Shown here piece by piece: positions 56,662 through 64,000 of a stretch of DNA of 64,000 nucleotides; the stretch's first letter is position 1, and every line of letters begins with the position of its first letter. The translations under genes were made by a program, and so were the position numbers. The DNA lies in the NCBI GenBank assembly GCA_947488515.1, contig CANKZF010000002.1, positions 406,294-470,293 on the forward strand, given 5' to 3'. The stretch is from an uncultured Nocardioides sp. (GTDB taxonomy: Bacteria; Actinomycetota; Actinomycetes; Propionibacteriales; Nocardioidaceae). Under the pieces are notes generated by a model. It had not been told where the DNA came from and ran no database searches. It saw only the letters and a list, made by a program, of their open reading frames with translations.

Positions 56662-58083
56662 ATGACGACCGCCGCGCTGCCGCCCTGCGTCTTCCTGCTG
56701 TTCGGCGCCCGCGGAGATCTCGCGGCGCGCAAGCTGTTCCCTGGCCTCTACCGGCTGGCCGCGGCCGGTCGGCTGCCCGAGGACTACGCCGTCATCGGCA
56801 GCGGGCGGCACTCGCCGGGCTCGGACGACGACTTCCGCGACGAGGTGCGCGAGGGGCTGCGCGAGTCGGTCGACGACCTCGACGAGGACGTCGCGCGCGC
56901 CTTGCTCGACCGGGTGTCGTTCCGGACCTCCGACGCCGACGACGGCGCGGACCTCGCGGCCCGGGTGCGGGAGGTCGAGGAGGGCCTCGGGGACGCCGTA
57001 CGCCGTGTCGTCTACCTGTCGGTGCCGCCGACCGCGATGTCCGGGATGGTCGGCATGCTCGGGCGCGAGGGGCTGGCCGAGCGGGCCCGCCTGGTGATCG
57101 AGAAGCCCTTCGGCCTCGACCTTCAGTCCTTCGAGGAGCTCGACCGGGACGTCCACGAGGTCTTCGAGGAGGAGCAGGTCTTCCGCATCGACCACTTCCT
57201 CGGCAAGGAGGCCGTGCAGAACCTGCTGGCGCTGCGCTTCGCCAACGCCCTCTTCGAGCCGGCGTGGGACCGCCGCAGCATCGCCTCGGTGCAGGTCGAC
57301 GTCCCCGAGACGCTGGCCATGGAGGGTCGTGGCTCGTTCTACGAGTCCACCGGAGCGCTGCGCGACATGGTCTCCACCCACCTGTTCCAGATCCTCGGCG
57401 CGGTCGCCCTCGAGGACCCGGGGGAGTGGTCGGCCGACGCCGTACGACGAGCCCGGGCCGCGGTCTTCGCCGACGTCCGTCCGCTCGACCCGGCGCGCGT
57501 CGTGCTCGGGCAGTACGACGGCTACCGCGACGAGGAGGACGTGGACGAGGACTCCGACGTCGAGACCTTCGTGGCGCTCGAGGCGTGGGTCGACAACGAC
57601 CGGTGGCGGGACGTGCCGTTCCACCTGCGCACCGGCAAGGCGATGGCCGAGACCCGGCGCACCGTCACCCTCCGCTTCCGTGCGCCCGACTCGACGGTCT
57701 TCGGCGGCGACGGCCTGCGGCGCGACGAGCTGGTCCTGGAGCTCACCGACGAGGCGCAGATCCACGTCGACCTGCTCGGCAAGCGACCGGGCCCGGAGAT
57801 GGAGCTCGCGCAGGCCACGATGCGCCTCGACCTGGGCGAGGAGCTGCCGCACGACGAGCCGCTGGAGGCCTACGAGCGGCTGCTCCTCGACGTGCTCGCC
57901 GGCGACCACACGCTGTTCGCCCATGCCGACGAGACGCGGCGGCTGTGGGAGGTGTGCCAGCCGGTGCTCGACGACCGGCCCGCGCCGCTGCCGTACGACC
58001 AGGAGTCGTGGGGACCGGCCGAGGCGCTCGACCTGCCCGAGGGCGGCTGGCGGCTCGGGAGCGGTGACGCCGATGGCGAGTGA
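56662..58083 (+). CDS. zwf: Glucose-6-phosphate dehydrogenase
   Basis: [17 protein letters not shown] (NADP site), EKPFG, and the active-site motif RIDHFLGKE. Confidence 0.9.
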   Translation: MTTAALPPCVFLLFGARGDLAARKLFPGLYRLAAAGRLPEDYAVIGSGRHSPGSDDDFRDEVREGLRESVDDLDEDVARALLDRVSFRTSDADDGADLAARVREVEEGLGDAVRRVVYLSVPPTAMSGMVGMLGREGLAERARLVIEKPFGLDLQSFEELDRDVHEVFEEEQVFRIDHFLGKEAVQNLLALRFANALFEPAWDRRSIASVQVDVPETLAMEGRGSFYESTGALRDMVSTHLFQILGAVALEDPGEWSADAVRRARAAVFADVRPLDPARVVLGQYDGYRDEEDVDEDSDVETFVALEAWVDNDRWRDVPFHLRTGKAMAETRRTVTLRFRAPDSTVFGGDGLRRDELVLELTDEAQIHVDLLGKRPGPEMELAQATMRLDLGEELPHDEPLEAYERLLLDVLAGDHTLFAHADETRRLWEVCQPVLDDRPAPLPYDQESWGPAEALDLPEGGWRLGSGDADGE

Positions 58084-59932
58084 GGGTGCGCGCGGCCCGG
58101 CCACACCCATCGCCGACCACGGCCTGATCGGCGACCTCCGCACGGCGGCGCTCGTCGCCACGGACGGCACGATCGACTGGTTCTGCCCCGGCCGCTTCGA
58201 CGCCCCGAGCGTGTTCGCCTCGATCCTCGACCCCGACGGCGGGTCCTGGCGGATCGGTCCCGACGACCCCGAGGCCCGCAGCCAGCAGTACTACCACCCC
58301 GAGACCAACATCCTCGTGACCCGGTTCATGACCGAGCACGGGGTGGTCGAGGTGCAGGACTTCATGCCCGTGCTGCGGGCGCACGACCCGGACCACCGGC
58401 AACGGCTGGTGCGGCGGGTGGTGGGCCTGCGTGGCTCGGTGGACCTCACCATGCACATGGCGCCCCGGCCCGACTACGCCGCCACCGACCCGGACCTGAG
58501 CGTCGAGGACGGCGTCGTCCGCTTCGCCGACGGCGACCTCCACCTGGCCCTGTCGAGCACTGTCGACCTCGACGTCGCCGAGAGCGCGGCGACGGCGCGG
58601 CTGGGGCTGGCCACGGGCGAGTCCGCGCTCTTCGTGCTCGAGGTCCTGGCGCCGGGCGAGCCGGCTCGGGGGTGCGACCGGTCCGACGTCTCCGCGCTCT
58701 TCGAGGCCACGGCCGCCTTCTGGCGGGGCTGGCTCGCGCAGTCGACGTACACCGGACGGTGGCGCGAGTGGGTGGACCGCTCGGCCCTCACCCTCAAGCT
58801 GCTGTGCCACGAGCCCACCGGCGGCATCGTCGCGGCCCCCACCACCAGCCTCCCCGAGAGCATCGGCGGCAGCCGCAACTGGGACTACCGCTACGTGTGG
58901 GTCCGTGACGCCGCGTTCAGCGTCTACGCCCTGCTCCGCCTCGGCTTCACCGACGAGGCGGCGGAGTTCGTCCGCTTCCTGTCCGAGCGGCTCGGCGAGG
59001 CGGCCGACGGTCAGGACGACGAGCTCGGCCCGCTGCGCGTGATGTACGACCTCGACGGCGGGCTGCCTCACGAGCGGGAGCTCGACCACCTCGCCGGCTA
59101 CCGCGACTCCCGTCCCGTGCGGGTCGGCAACGGCGCGGTCGACCAGCTGCAGCTCGACGTCTACGGCGAGATCGTCGACTCGGTCTACCTCTTCGACAAG
59201 CACGGCCGCGGCATCAGCCACGACGCCTGGAGCGACCTGCGCGGCATCGTCGCGTGGCTGATGGACAACTGGCAGCGTCCCGACGCCGGCATGTGGGAGA
59301 TCCGGTCCGAGCCCCGCACCCACACCACGTCGCTGGTGATGAGCTGGGTGGCGGTCGAGCGGATGATGCGCGTGGCGCGACGCCGCGGGCTCCCCGGCGA
59401 CCTGACCGAGCTGGCCGCCACGCGCGACAAGATCTACGAGCGCGTGATGACCGAGTGCTGGAACGACGAGCTCGGCGCCTTCACCGCCTTCGCGAACAGC
59501 GACGTGCTGGACGCCGGCGCCCTGCTGATGCCGATGGTGAAGATGCTCGCGCCCGACGACCCACGGTTCCTCTCCACCCTCGCCGCGATCGAGGACCGGC
59601 TCGTCACCGACAGCCTGGTGCTGCGCTACGACCCCCACGCGTTCGGCGACGGCGTGACCGAGGGCGACGGCGAGGACGGCGACGGCGACCCGGTCGGGGA
59701 GGGCACGTTCTCGCTCTGCTCGTTCTGGTACGTCGAGGCGCTGACCCGCGCGGGACGGCTCGCGGACGCCCGCCTGGCGCTGGAGAAGATGTTCACCTAC
59801 GCCAACCACCTCGGCCAGTACGCCGAGCAGGTCGCGCTCAACGGCGAGCAGCTGGGCAACTTCCCGCAGGGCTTCACCCACCTGAGCCTGATCAGCGCCG
59901 TGATCAACCTCGATCGGAGCCTCGACGGCTGA
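58073..59932 (+). CDS. GH15 family glycoside hydrolase (glucoamylase/trehalase type)
   Basis: [31 protein letters not shown]...[12 protein letters not shown]...[12 protein letters not shown]. Overlaps the zwf 3' end by 11 nt. Confidence 0.85.
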   Translation: MASEGARGPATPIADHGLIGDLRTAALVATDGTIDWFCPGRFDAPSVFASILDPDGGSWRIGPDDPEARSQQYYHPETNILVTRFMTEHGVVEVQDFMPVLRAHDPDHRQRLVRRVVGLRGSVDLTMHMAPRPDYAATDPDLSVEDGVVRFADGDLHLALSSTVDLDVAESAATARLGLATGESALFVLEVLAPGEPARGCDRSDVSALFEATAAFWRGWLAQSTYTGRWREWVDRSALTLKLLCHEPTGGIVAAPTTSLPESIGGSRNWDYRYVWVRDAAFSVYALLRLGFTDEAAEFVRFLSERLGEAADGQDDELGPLRVMYDLDGGLPHERELDHLAGYRDSRPVRVGNGAVDQLQLDVYGEIVDSVYLFDKHGRGISHDAWSDLRGIVAWLMDNWQRPDAGMWEIRSEPRTHTTSLVMSWVAVERMMRVARRRGLPGDLTELAATRDKIYERVMTECWNDELGAFTAFANSDVLDAGALLMPMVKMLAPDDPRFLSTLAAIEDRLVTDSLVLRYDPHAFGDGVTEGDGEDGDGDPVGEGTFSLCSFWYVEALTRAGRLADARLALEKMFTYANHLGQYAEQVALNGEQLGNFPQGFTHLSLISAVINLDRSLDG

Positions 59933-59948
59933 GGCGCCCGCTCTCGGG

Positions 59949-60219
59949 GGTGGCGGCGGATTGCAGGTGGGTGTGCCGGGACGGTGCGATGTGCCGCCAC
60001 CGTGGCGGGGTGCGGTGTGCGGGTGGCGGCGGATTGCAGGTGGGTGTGCCGGGCGGTGGGATGTGCCGCCACCGTGGCGGGGTGCGGTGTGCGGGTGGCG
60101 GCGGATTGCAGGCCGTGCGACCGCGGATGCGCGATCTGCCGCCACCGTGGCGGGACTCCGGGTCGGGGTGGCGGCGGATTGCACCTGGGGTCGCCGAAGA
60201 GGTGCGATCTGCCGCCACC
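59949..60219. repeat. Four tandem 72-73 bp units, each a long imperfect hairpin
   Basis: Units start at 59949, 60022, 60094 and 60167. Each has GGTGGCGGCGGATTGCA, about 20 variable nt, then TGCGAT(G/C)TGCCGCCACC. Units 1-3 continue with GTGGCGGG, which can pair alternatively with GCCGCCAC. Confidence 0.9.
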
Positions 60220-60303
60220 ATCCGGTCGTCAGACATCTGATCGGACTTTGCACCCGACTCTCCTGCTGGCTGTTGGCTGCTGGCCGCCCACCGGATATCC
60301 GGG

Positions 60304-62229
60304 TCAGGACGTCCAGGCGTGCCAGAGGGCGGCGTACTCCCCGCCGAGGTCGAGCAGCTCCTCGTGGCTCCCGAGCTCGACGATGCGACCCTCGAGGACC
60401 ACCGCGATGCGGTCGGCGTCGTGGGCGGTGTGGAGTCGGTGGGCGATCGCCACCACGGTGCGGCCCTCGAGGAGGTTGTTCATCGAGCCCTCGAGCGTGC
60501 GCGCGGTGCGGGGGTCGATGAGCGACGTCGCCTCGTCGAGCACGAGCGTGTGAGGGTCGGCGATGATCAGGCGGGCCAGCGCGACCTGCTGCGCCTGGGC
60601 GGGCGTGAGGGAGAAGCGGCCGGAGCCGATCTCCGTGTCGAGCCCCCCGGGCAGCCGCTCGACCCAGGCCAGTCCGCCGACCGCGGCGAGCGCCTCCCGC
60701 ACGGCGTCGTCGGAGGAGTCCTCGCGGGCCAGCACGACGTTGTCCCGCACGGTGCCGATGAAGACGTGGTGCTCCTGGGTGACGAGCGCGACCTCGGTCC
60801 GCAGCACCTCCAGGGGCAGGTCGACGAGGTCGACGCCGCCCACGCGGGCGGAGCCGGTGCGGGGGCGGTTGATGCCCGACAGCAGCCGGCCGAGGGTCGA
60901 CTTGCCCGACCCGCTGGGGCCCACGACCGCCAGCCGCTCGCCGGTGCGCAGGCGCAGGTCGACGCCGTGCAGCACGTCGTGGTCCTCGCGGTAGGCGAAG
61001 CGGAGGTCGTCGGCCACCAGCTCGACGCCGTCCGGCAGCCGGTCGCCGGGCTCCCGGTCGGGAGGCACCTCGGCGATGCCGAGCAGCCGGCTGGTCGAGG
61101 CGGCGCCGACCTGGAGGCGGTCGACCTCGCCGATCACCGCGTCGAGCGGCTCGGCCAGCGCCACGACGTACAGCAGCGCGGCGGTGATCTGGCCCAGGTC
61201 GACCCAGCCCTGGCTGTAGCCGTAGGCGCCCACGACGAGCGTGACCACCTGCGGCACCTGGAAGGCGCCGTTGAGCGCCGCGAAGAGCACGTTGCGCAGC
61301 GTCATGCCGTAGCGCTCGGCCTGCGCGGAGACGGCGATGTCGTCGGAGCCCGCCTGCACCCGGGCCTGCGAGAGGCCGAGCGCCTCGACGGTGCGCGAAC
61401 CCTCGACGGTCTCGGTCAGGGTGGTGTTGATGCGGGAGTACGTCGCGCCCTCGGTGATGTACGCCTTCGGCGCGCGCCGCAGGTAGGTGCGGACGGCCGG
61501 GGTGCACAGCGCGAAGACGACGAGCGCGGGCAGCGCGAGCACGAGCGAGTTGAGCATCATCGCCACGATCGACAGCAGGACGGTCATCAGCGAGATCAGC
61601 AGGCGCGGGACGCCCCACTGCACCGAGCGCGCCATCGTCCCGACGTCGCGGGTGACGCGGGTGACGAGGTCGCCCGTGCTCGCACCCTCGACGCGGCCGA
61701 CCGGGAGCCGCAGGATCGTGCTGACCACGTGCTCGCGCGCGGAGGCGAGGAGGTCCTGCCCGAAGTGGGTGGAGGTCCACTGGGCGCCGAAGGTGAAGAT
61801 CGACTGGAGGATCACGACCCCGACCACGGCCAGGGCGAGCGTGTCGAGGCCGGCTGCCGCGGCGCCGGCGTCGGCGACCCGGTTGACCAGCGACCCGAGC
61901 AGCCGCGGGATGACCAGCGCGGAACCGGCGGCGAGCGCGTTGAGCAGGACCAGCAGCGCGAAGGAGCGCCTGCGGGTGCGCACCAGGTCGCCGAAGAAGG
62001 CGAGCACGGCTCGGTTGCCCGACACGGGCCAGCCGCGCACCGGGTTGCGCGAGGCGGCGTAGACGTCCTCGGCGCGCTGCCGGCGCAGGTCGTGGCGCTG
62101 CCAGAGGGCGCGGTTGCGCGCGCGGAGCCCGACGTGACCGGGAGGATCCAGCTCGGGCGGGACGGCCGGCGGGTCGCCGGCCCGGTCGCGCCACGTGCCG
62201 GCGGAGCTGGCGAGGAGGTCGGTGGTCAT
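60304..62229 (-). CDS. ABC exporter, fused permease/ATPase, consensus NBD with a degenerate signature motif
   Basis: 641 aa from ATG 62229. Walker A GPSGSGKST, Walker B LVLDEATS, H-loop AIAHRL. The signature reads FSLTPAQAQQ instead of LSGGQ. Confidence 0.85.
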   Translation of the reverse strand: MTTDLLASSAGTWRDRAGDPPAVPPELDPPGHVGLRARNRALWQRHDLRRQRAEDVYAASRNPVRGWPVSGNRAVLAFFGDLVRTRRRSFALLVLLNALAAGSALVIPRLLGSLVNRVADAGAAAAGLDTLALAVVGVVILQSIFTFGAQWTSTHFGQDLLASAREHVVSTILRLPVGRVEGASTGDLVTRVTRDVGTMARSVQWGVPRLLISLMTVLLSIVAMMLNSLVLALPALVVFALCTPAVRTYLRRAPKAYITEGATYSRINTTLTETVEGSRTVEALGLSQARVQAGSDDIAVSAQAERYGMTLRNVLFAALNGAFQVPQVVTLVVGAYGYSQGWVDLGQITAALLYVVALAEPLDAVIGEVDRLQVGAASTSRLLGIAEVPPDREPGDRLPDGVELVADDLRFAYREDHDVLHGVDLRLRTGERLAVVGPSGSGKSTLGRLLSGINRPRTGSARVGGVDLVDLPLEVLRTEVALVTQEHHVFIGTVRDNVVLAREDSSDDAVREALAAVGGLAWVERLPGGLDTEIGSGRFSLTPAQAQQVALARLIIADPHTLVLDEATSLIDPRTARTLEGSMNNLLEGRTVVAIAHRLHTAHDADRIAVVLEGRIVELGSHEELLDLGGEYAALWHAWTS

Positions 62230-64000
62230 CGGACCGGCTCCTCCTCGTCGAGCTCGCGGATGACGACGCGCCGGTAGGCCTCGTCGTCGGCGAGCAGGTC
62301 GGCGTGGCGGCCCTCGGCGACCACGGTGCCGTCGTGGAGGAGCGCGACGCGGTCGGCGTGGTGCAGCCACAGGGGCGAGACGGTCGTGACCACGGTCGTA
62401 CGGCCGCGGCGGGACTCCGCGACCCGCGCCGCGATGCGGGCCTCGGTGTGGGCGTCGACCGCGGAGGTCGGCTCGACCAGGACGAGGACGGGTGCGTCGG
62501 CGGCCATGGCGCGCGCGAGCACCACCCGCTGGCGCTGGCCGCCGGACAGGCCGCGGCCACGCTCGTCGAGCTGGCCCTGCCAGCCCTCGGGCAGCGCGTC
62601 GTAGACGTCCTCGGCGCTGGCGATGCGCAGCGCCTCCTCGGCCTGCTCCCGGGTCAGCCGGGCGTGCGGGTCGACGGCGTCCTGGAGGGTGCCGGCGAAG
62701 AGCTGGCTCGTCGTGTCGCTGACCAGCACCTGGCGTCGTACGTCGTCGAGGAGGGCGTGGGAGAGGTCGACGCCGCCGAGGGTGACGCCCCACTCGCGGC
62801 GCACCCGCTCCTCGTCCTGGGCCGCGATCCGGGCGCGTTCCTCCGCGCGCTCGGCCCTCGAGCGGCGGGCTGCCCGGCCCTTGGTGCCGGTCTCCTCGAC
62901 CGAGGGGACGGGCTCGGTGTCGGCGGGCAGGTAGCGGCCGAGCCGGTCGGCGAGGGCCGCGCTCTGCTCCGGCACGGCGCTGACGACGACGGTCAGGATC
63001 CCGGGCTCGACGGTGAGGCCGCTCGCCACGTCGTGCAGCGGCGCGCTGCCGTCGAGGGAGACCGGGGCGGCCGGGTCGTGCCACGGGGGCTGCTCGTCGA
63101 AGAGCACGATCGCCCGGCGGGCGCTGACCAGCGACCGCACGCCCTTCTGGGCGAACTCGAAGAAGGTCCGGATCGGGCCGACCATGAAGAGGCCGTAGCC
63201 GAGGAAGGTGATGAGCTCGCCGACGGTGAGCAGACCGTCCTCCACCTGCCGGGTGCCGAGCCACACCAGCGCCACGAGGAAGATCCCCGAGAGCAGCACG
63301 CCGACGGCCTCGACCACGGCCTGCCAGATGCCGGCGGCGACGCCGGCCTCGCGGGCCGACTGCGACTGGCGGGCGTAGTTGGCGCCGAAGGTCTGCTCGC
63401 CGCCGATACCGCGCAGGATCCGCAGCCCGGCCACGATGTCGGTGGCCAGCGAGGTCAGGTCGGCGGTGCGTGCGCGCTCGAGCTGCTGGCGGCGGTGCAA
63501 CGGCCGCAGCAGCGGCAGCGCCGCGCCGACGAGGACCGGCGCCGCGACCAGGGTCAGCAGCCCGAGCTGCCACGACATGGTCAGCACGATGAAGGCCACG
63601 GTGAGGTACGACGCCAGCTGGCCCACCGTGCGCGCCAGGATCTCGCTGAGCGCACCGAACTCGTCGGAGTCGCTCGAGGCGACGCTCAGCACCTCGCCGG
63701 TCGGCGACCGGCGGGGCAGCACGTGGCCCATCTGCGCCACCTTGCGGGTGACCATCTCGAGGGCGCCGTAGAGCGCGACCAGCCAGCTGCGCACCACGAG
63801 GGTGTGCGACACGACGCCGAAGACGCCGCCGATCACGACCACGAGGAGCAGCAGCGCCGCCCAGCCCGCGAGGGCCGCCTCGGAGCCACCGACGATGCCC
63901 TGGTCGACGGCACGGCCGAAGATCCACGGCCCCAGCGTCATCGGCAGGAACCACAGCGCGTAGCAGAGGGACGAGAGGGCGATCAGGCCCTTCTGGCGCC
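62226..64000 (-). CDS. ABC exporter partner, fused permease/ATPase with a degenerate NBD (N-terminus beyond the window)
   Basis: The reading frame stays open to the window edge (...RQKGLIALSSLCYALWFLPMTLGPW...). No Walker A lysine (VVSAVPEQSAAL). A charged insertion of roughly 50 aa. Canonical LSGGQRQR. Walker B reads VLVLVEPTS. Confidence 0.8.
   Translation of the reverse strand, partial: RQKGLIALSSLCYALWFLPMTLGPWIFGRAVDQGIVGGSEAALAGWAALLLLVVVIGGVFGVVSHTLVVRSWLVALYGALEMVTRKVAQMGHVLPRRSPTGEVLSVASSDSDEFGALSEILARTVGQLASYLTVAFIVLTMSWQLGLLTLVAAPVLVGAALPLLRPLHRRQQLERARTADLTSLATDIVAGLRILRGIGGEQTFGANYARQSQSAREAGVAAGIWQAVVEAVGVLLSGIFLVALVWLGTRQVEDGLLTVGELITFLGYGLFMVGPIRTFFEFAQKGVRSLVSARRAIVLFDEQPPWHDPAAPVSLDGSAPLHDVASGLTVEPGILTVVVSAVPEQSAALADRLGRYLPADTEPVPSVEETGTKGRAARRSRAERAEERARIAAQDEERVRREWGVTLGGVDLSHALLDDVRRQVLVSDTTSQLFAGTLQDAVDPHARLTREQAEEALRIASAEDVYDALPEGWQGQLDERGRGLSGGQRQRVVLARAMAADAPVLVLVEPTSAVDAHTEARIAARVAESRRGRTTVVTTVSPLWLHHADRVALLHDGTVVAEGRHADLLADDEAYRRVVIRELDEEEPVR

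Noticed and set aside
59949-60219. Possible small CRISPR array, given regular ~73-bp periodicity
   Set aside because: The variable segments of units 1 and 2 are almost identical to each other. Each unit is an inverted repeat rather than a direct repeat plus unique spacer. No cas genes are present.
60291-60302. Perfect 12-bp palindrome CCGGATATCCGG just before the ABC exporter stop codon
   Set aside because: It is too short and has no loop, so it cannot form a meaningful terminator hairpin. It is a single occurrence and likely chance or a restriction-type site.
57743-62560. 1605-aa minus-strand ORF, the longest in the track, spanning zwf, the GH15 gene, the hairpin array and the ABC exporter
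   Set aside because: The translation is dominated by Arg/Pro/Gly/Ala runs. It is antisense or off-frame to genes with clear catalytic motifs and crosses a non-coding repeat array. This is a typical high-GC open-frame artefact.

Overview
Very GC-rich actinobacterial chromosomal segment. It looks like core genome, with no integrase, transposase or phage genes. Most of the window is a quinone and respiration supercluster: menA, menE-menC-menD, menF, menG, the complete 14-gene NADH:menaquinone oxidoreductase operon nuoA-N, and a trans-polyprenyl diphosphate synthase. After that come korAB, a sulfate ABC importer, yajQ, tRNA-Tyr, an AGE-epimerase/fructokinase/MFS sugar cluster, the homogentisate pathway (hmgA, fahA), zwf plus a GH15 hydrolase, and a heterodimeric ABC exporter that runs off the right edge. 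An Eis-type GNAT gene runs off the left edge and is missing from the ORF track. Many of the longest ORFs in the six-frame track are Arg/Pro/Gly-rich off-frame or antisense artefacts of the high GC content, and I rejected them. I see no clear new multi-gene system such as a defence island. The items most worth a second look are: (1) a family of MIRU-like repeat elements inserted exactly at stop/start junctions of five nuo gene pairs, each keeping an open mini-frame that bridges the two genes; (2) two tandem paralogous acyl-CoA-synthetase-like proteins with a degenerate P-loop and no C-terminal domain, followed by a stand-alone Roadblock/LC7 protein; (3) four tandem 72-73 bp long-hairpin units between convergent genes; (4) a CarH-like B12-binding module with the Wx9EH motif but no DNA-binding domain, downstream of the sulfate transporter; (5) an uncharacterised gene translationally coupled to fahA; (6) a possible 6C-like small RNA in a 500 bp convergent gap. 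All calls come from reading the sequence and from remembered family signatures. No searches or folding programs were run.
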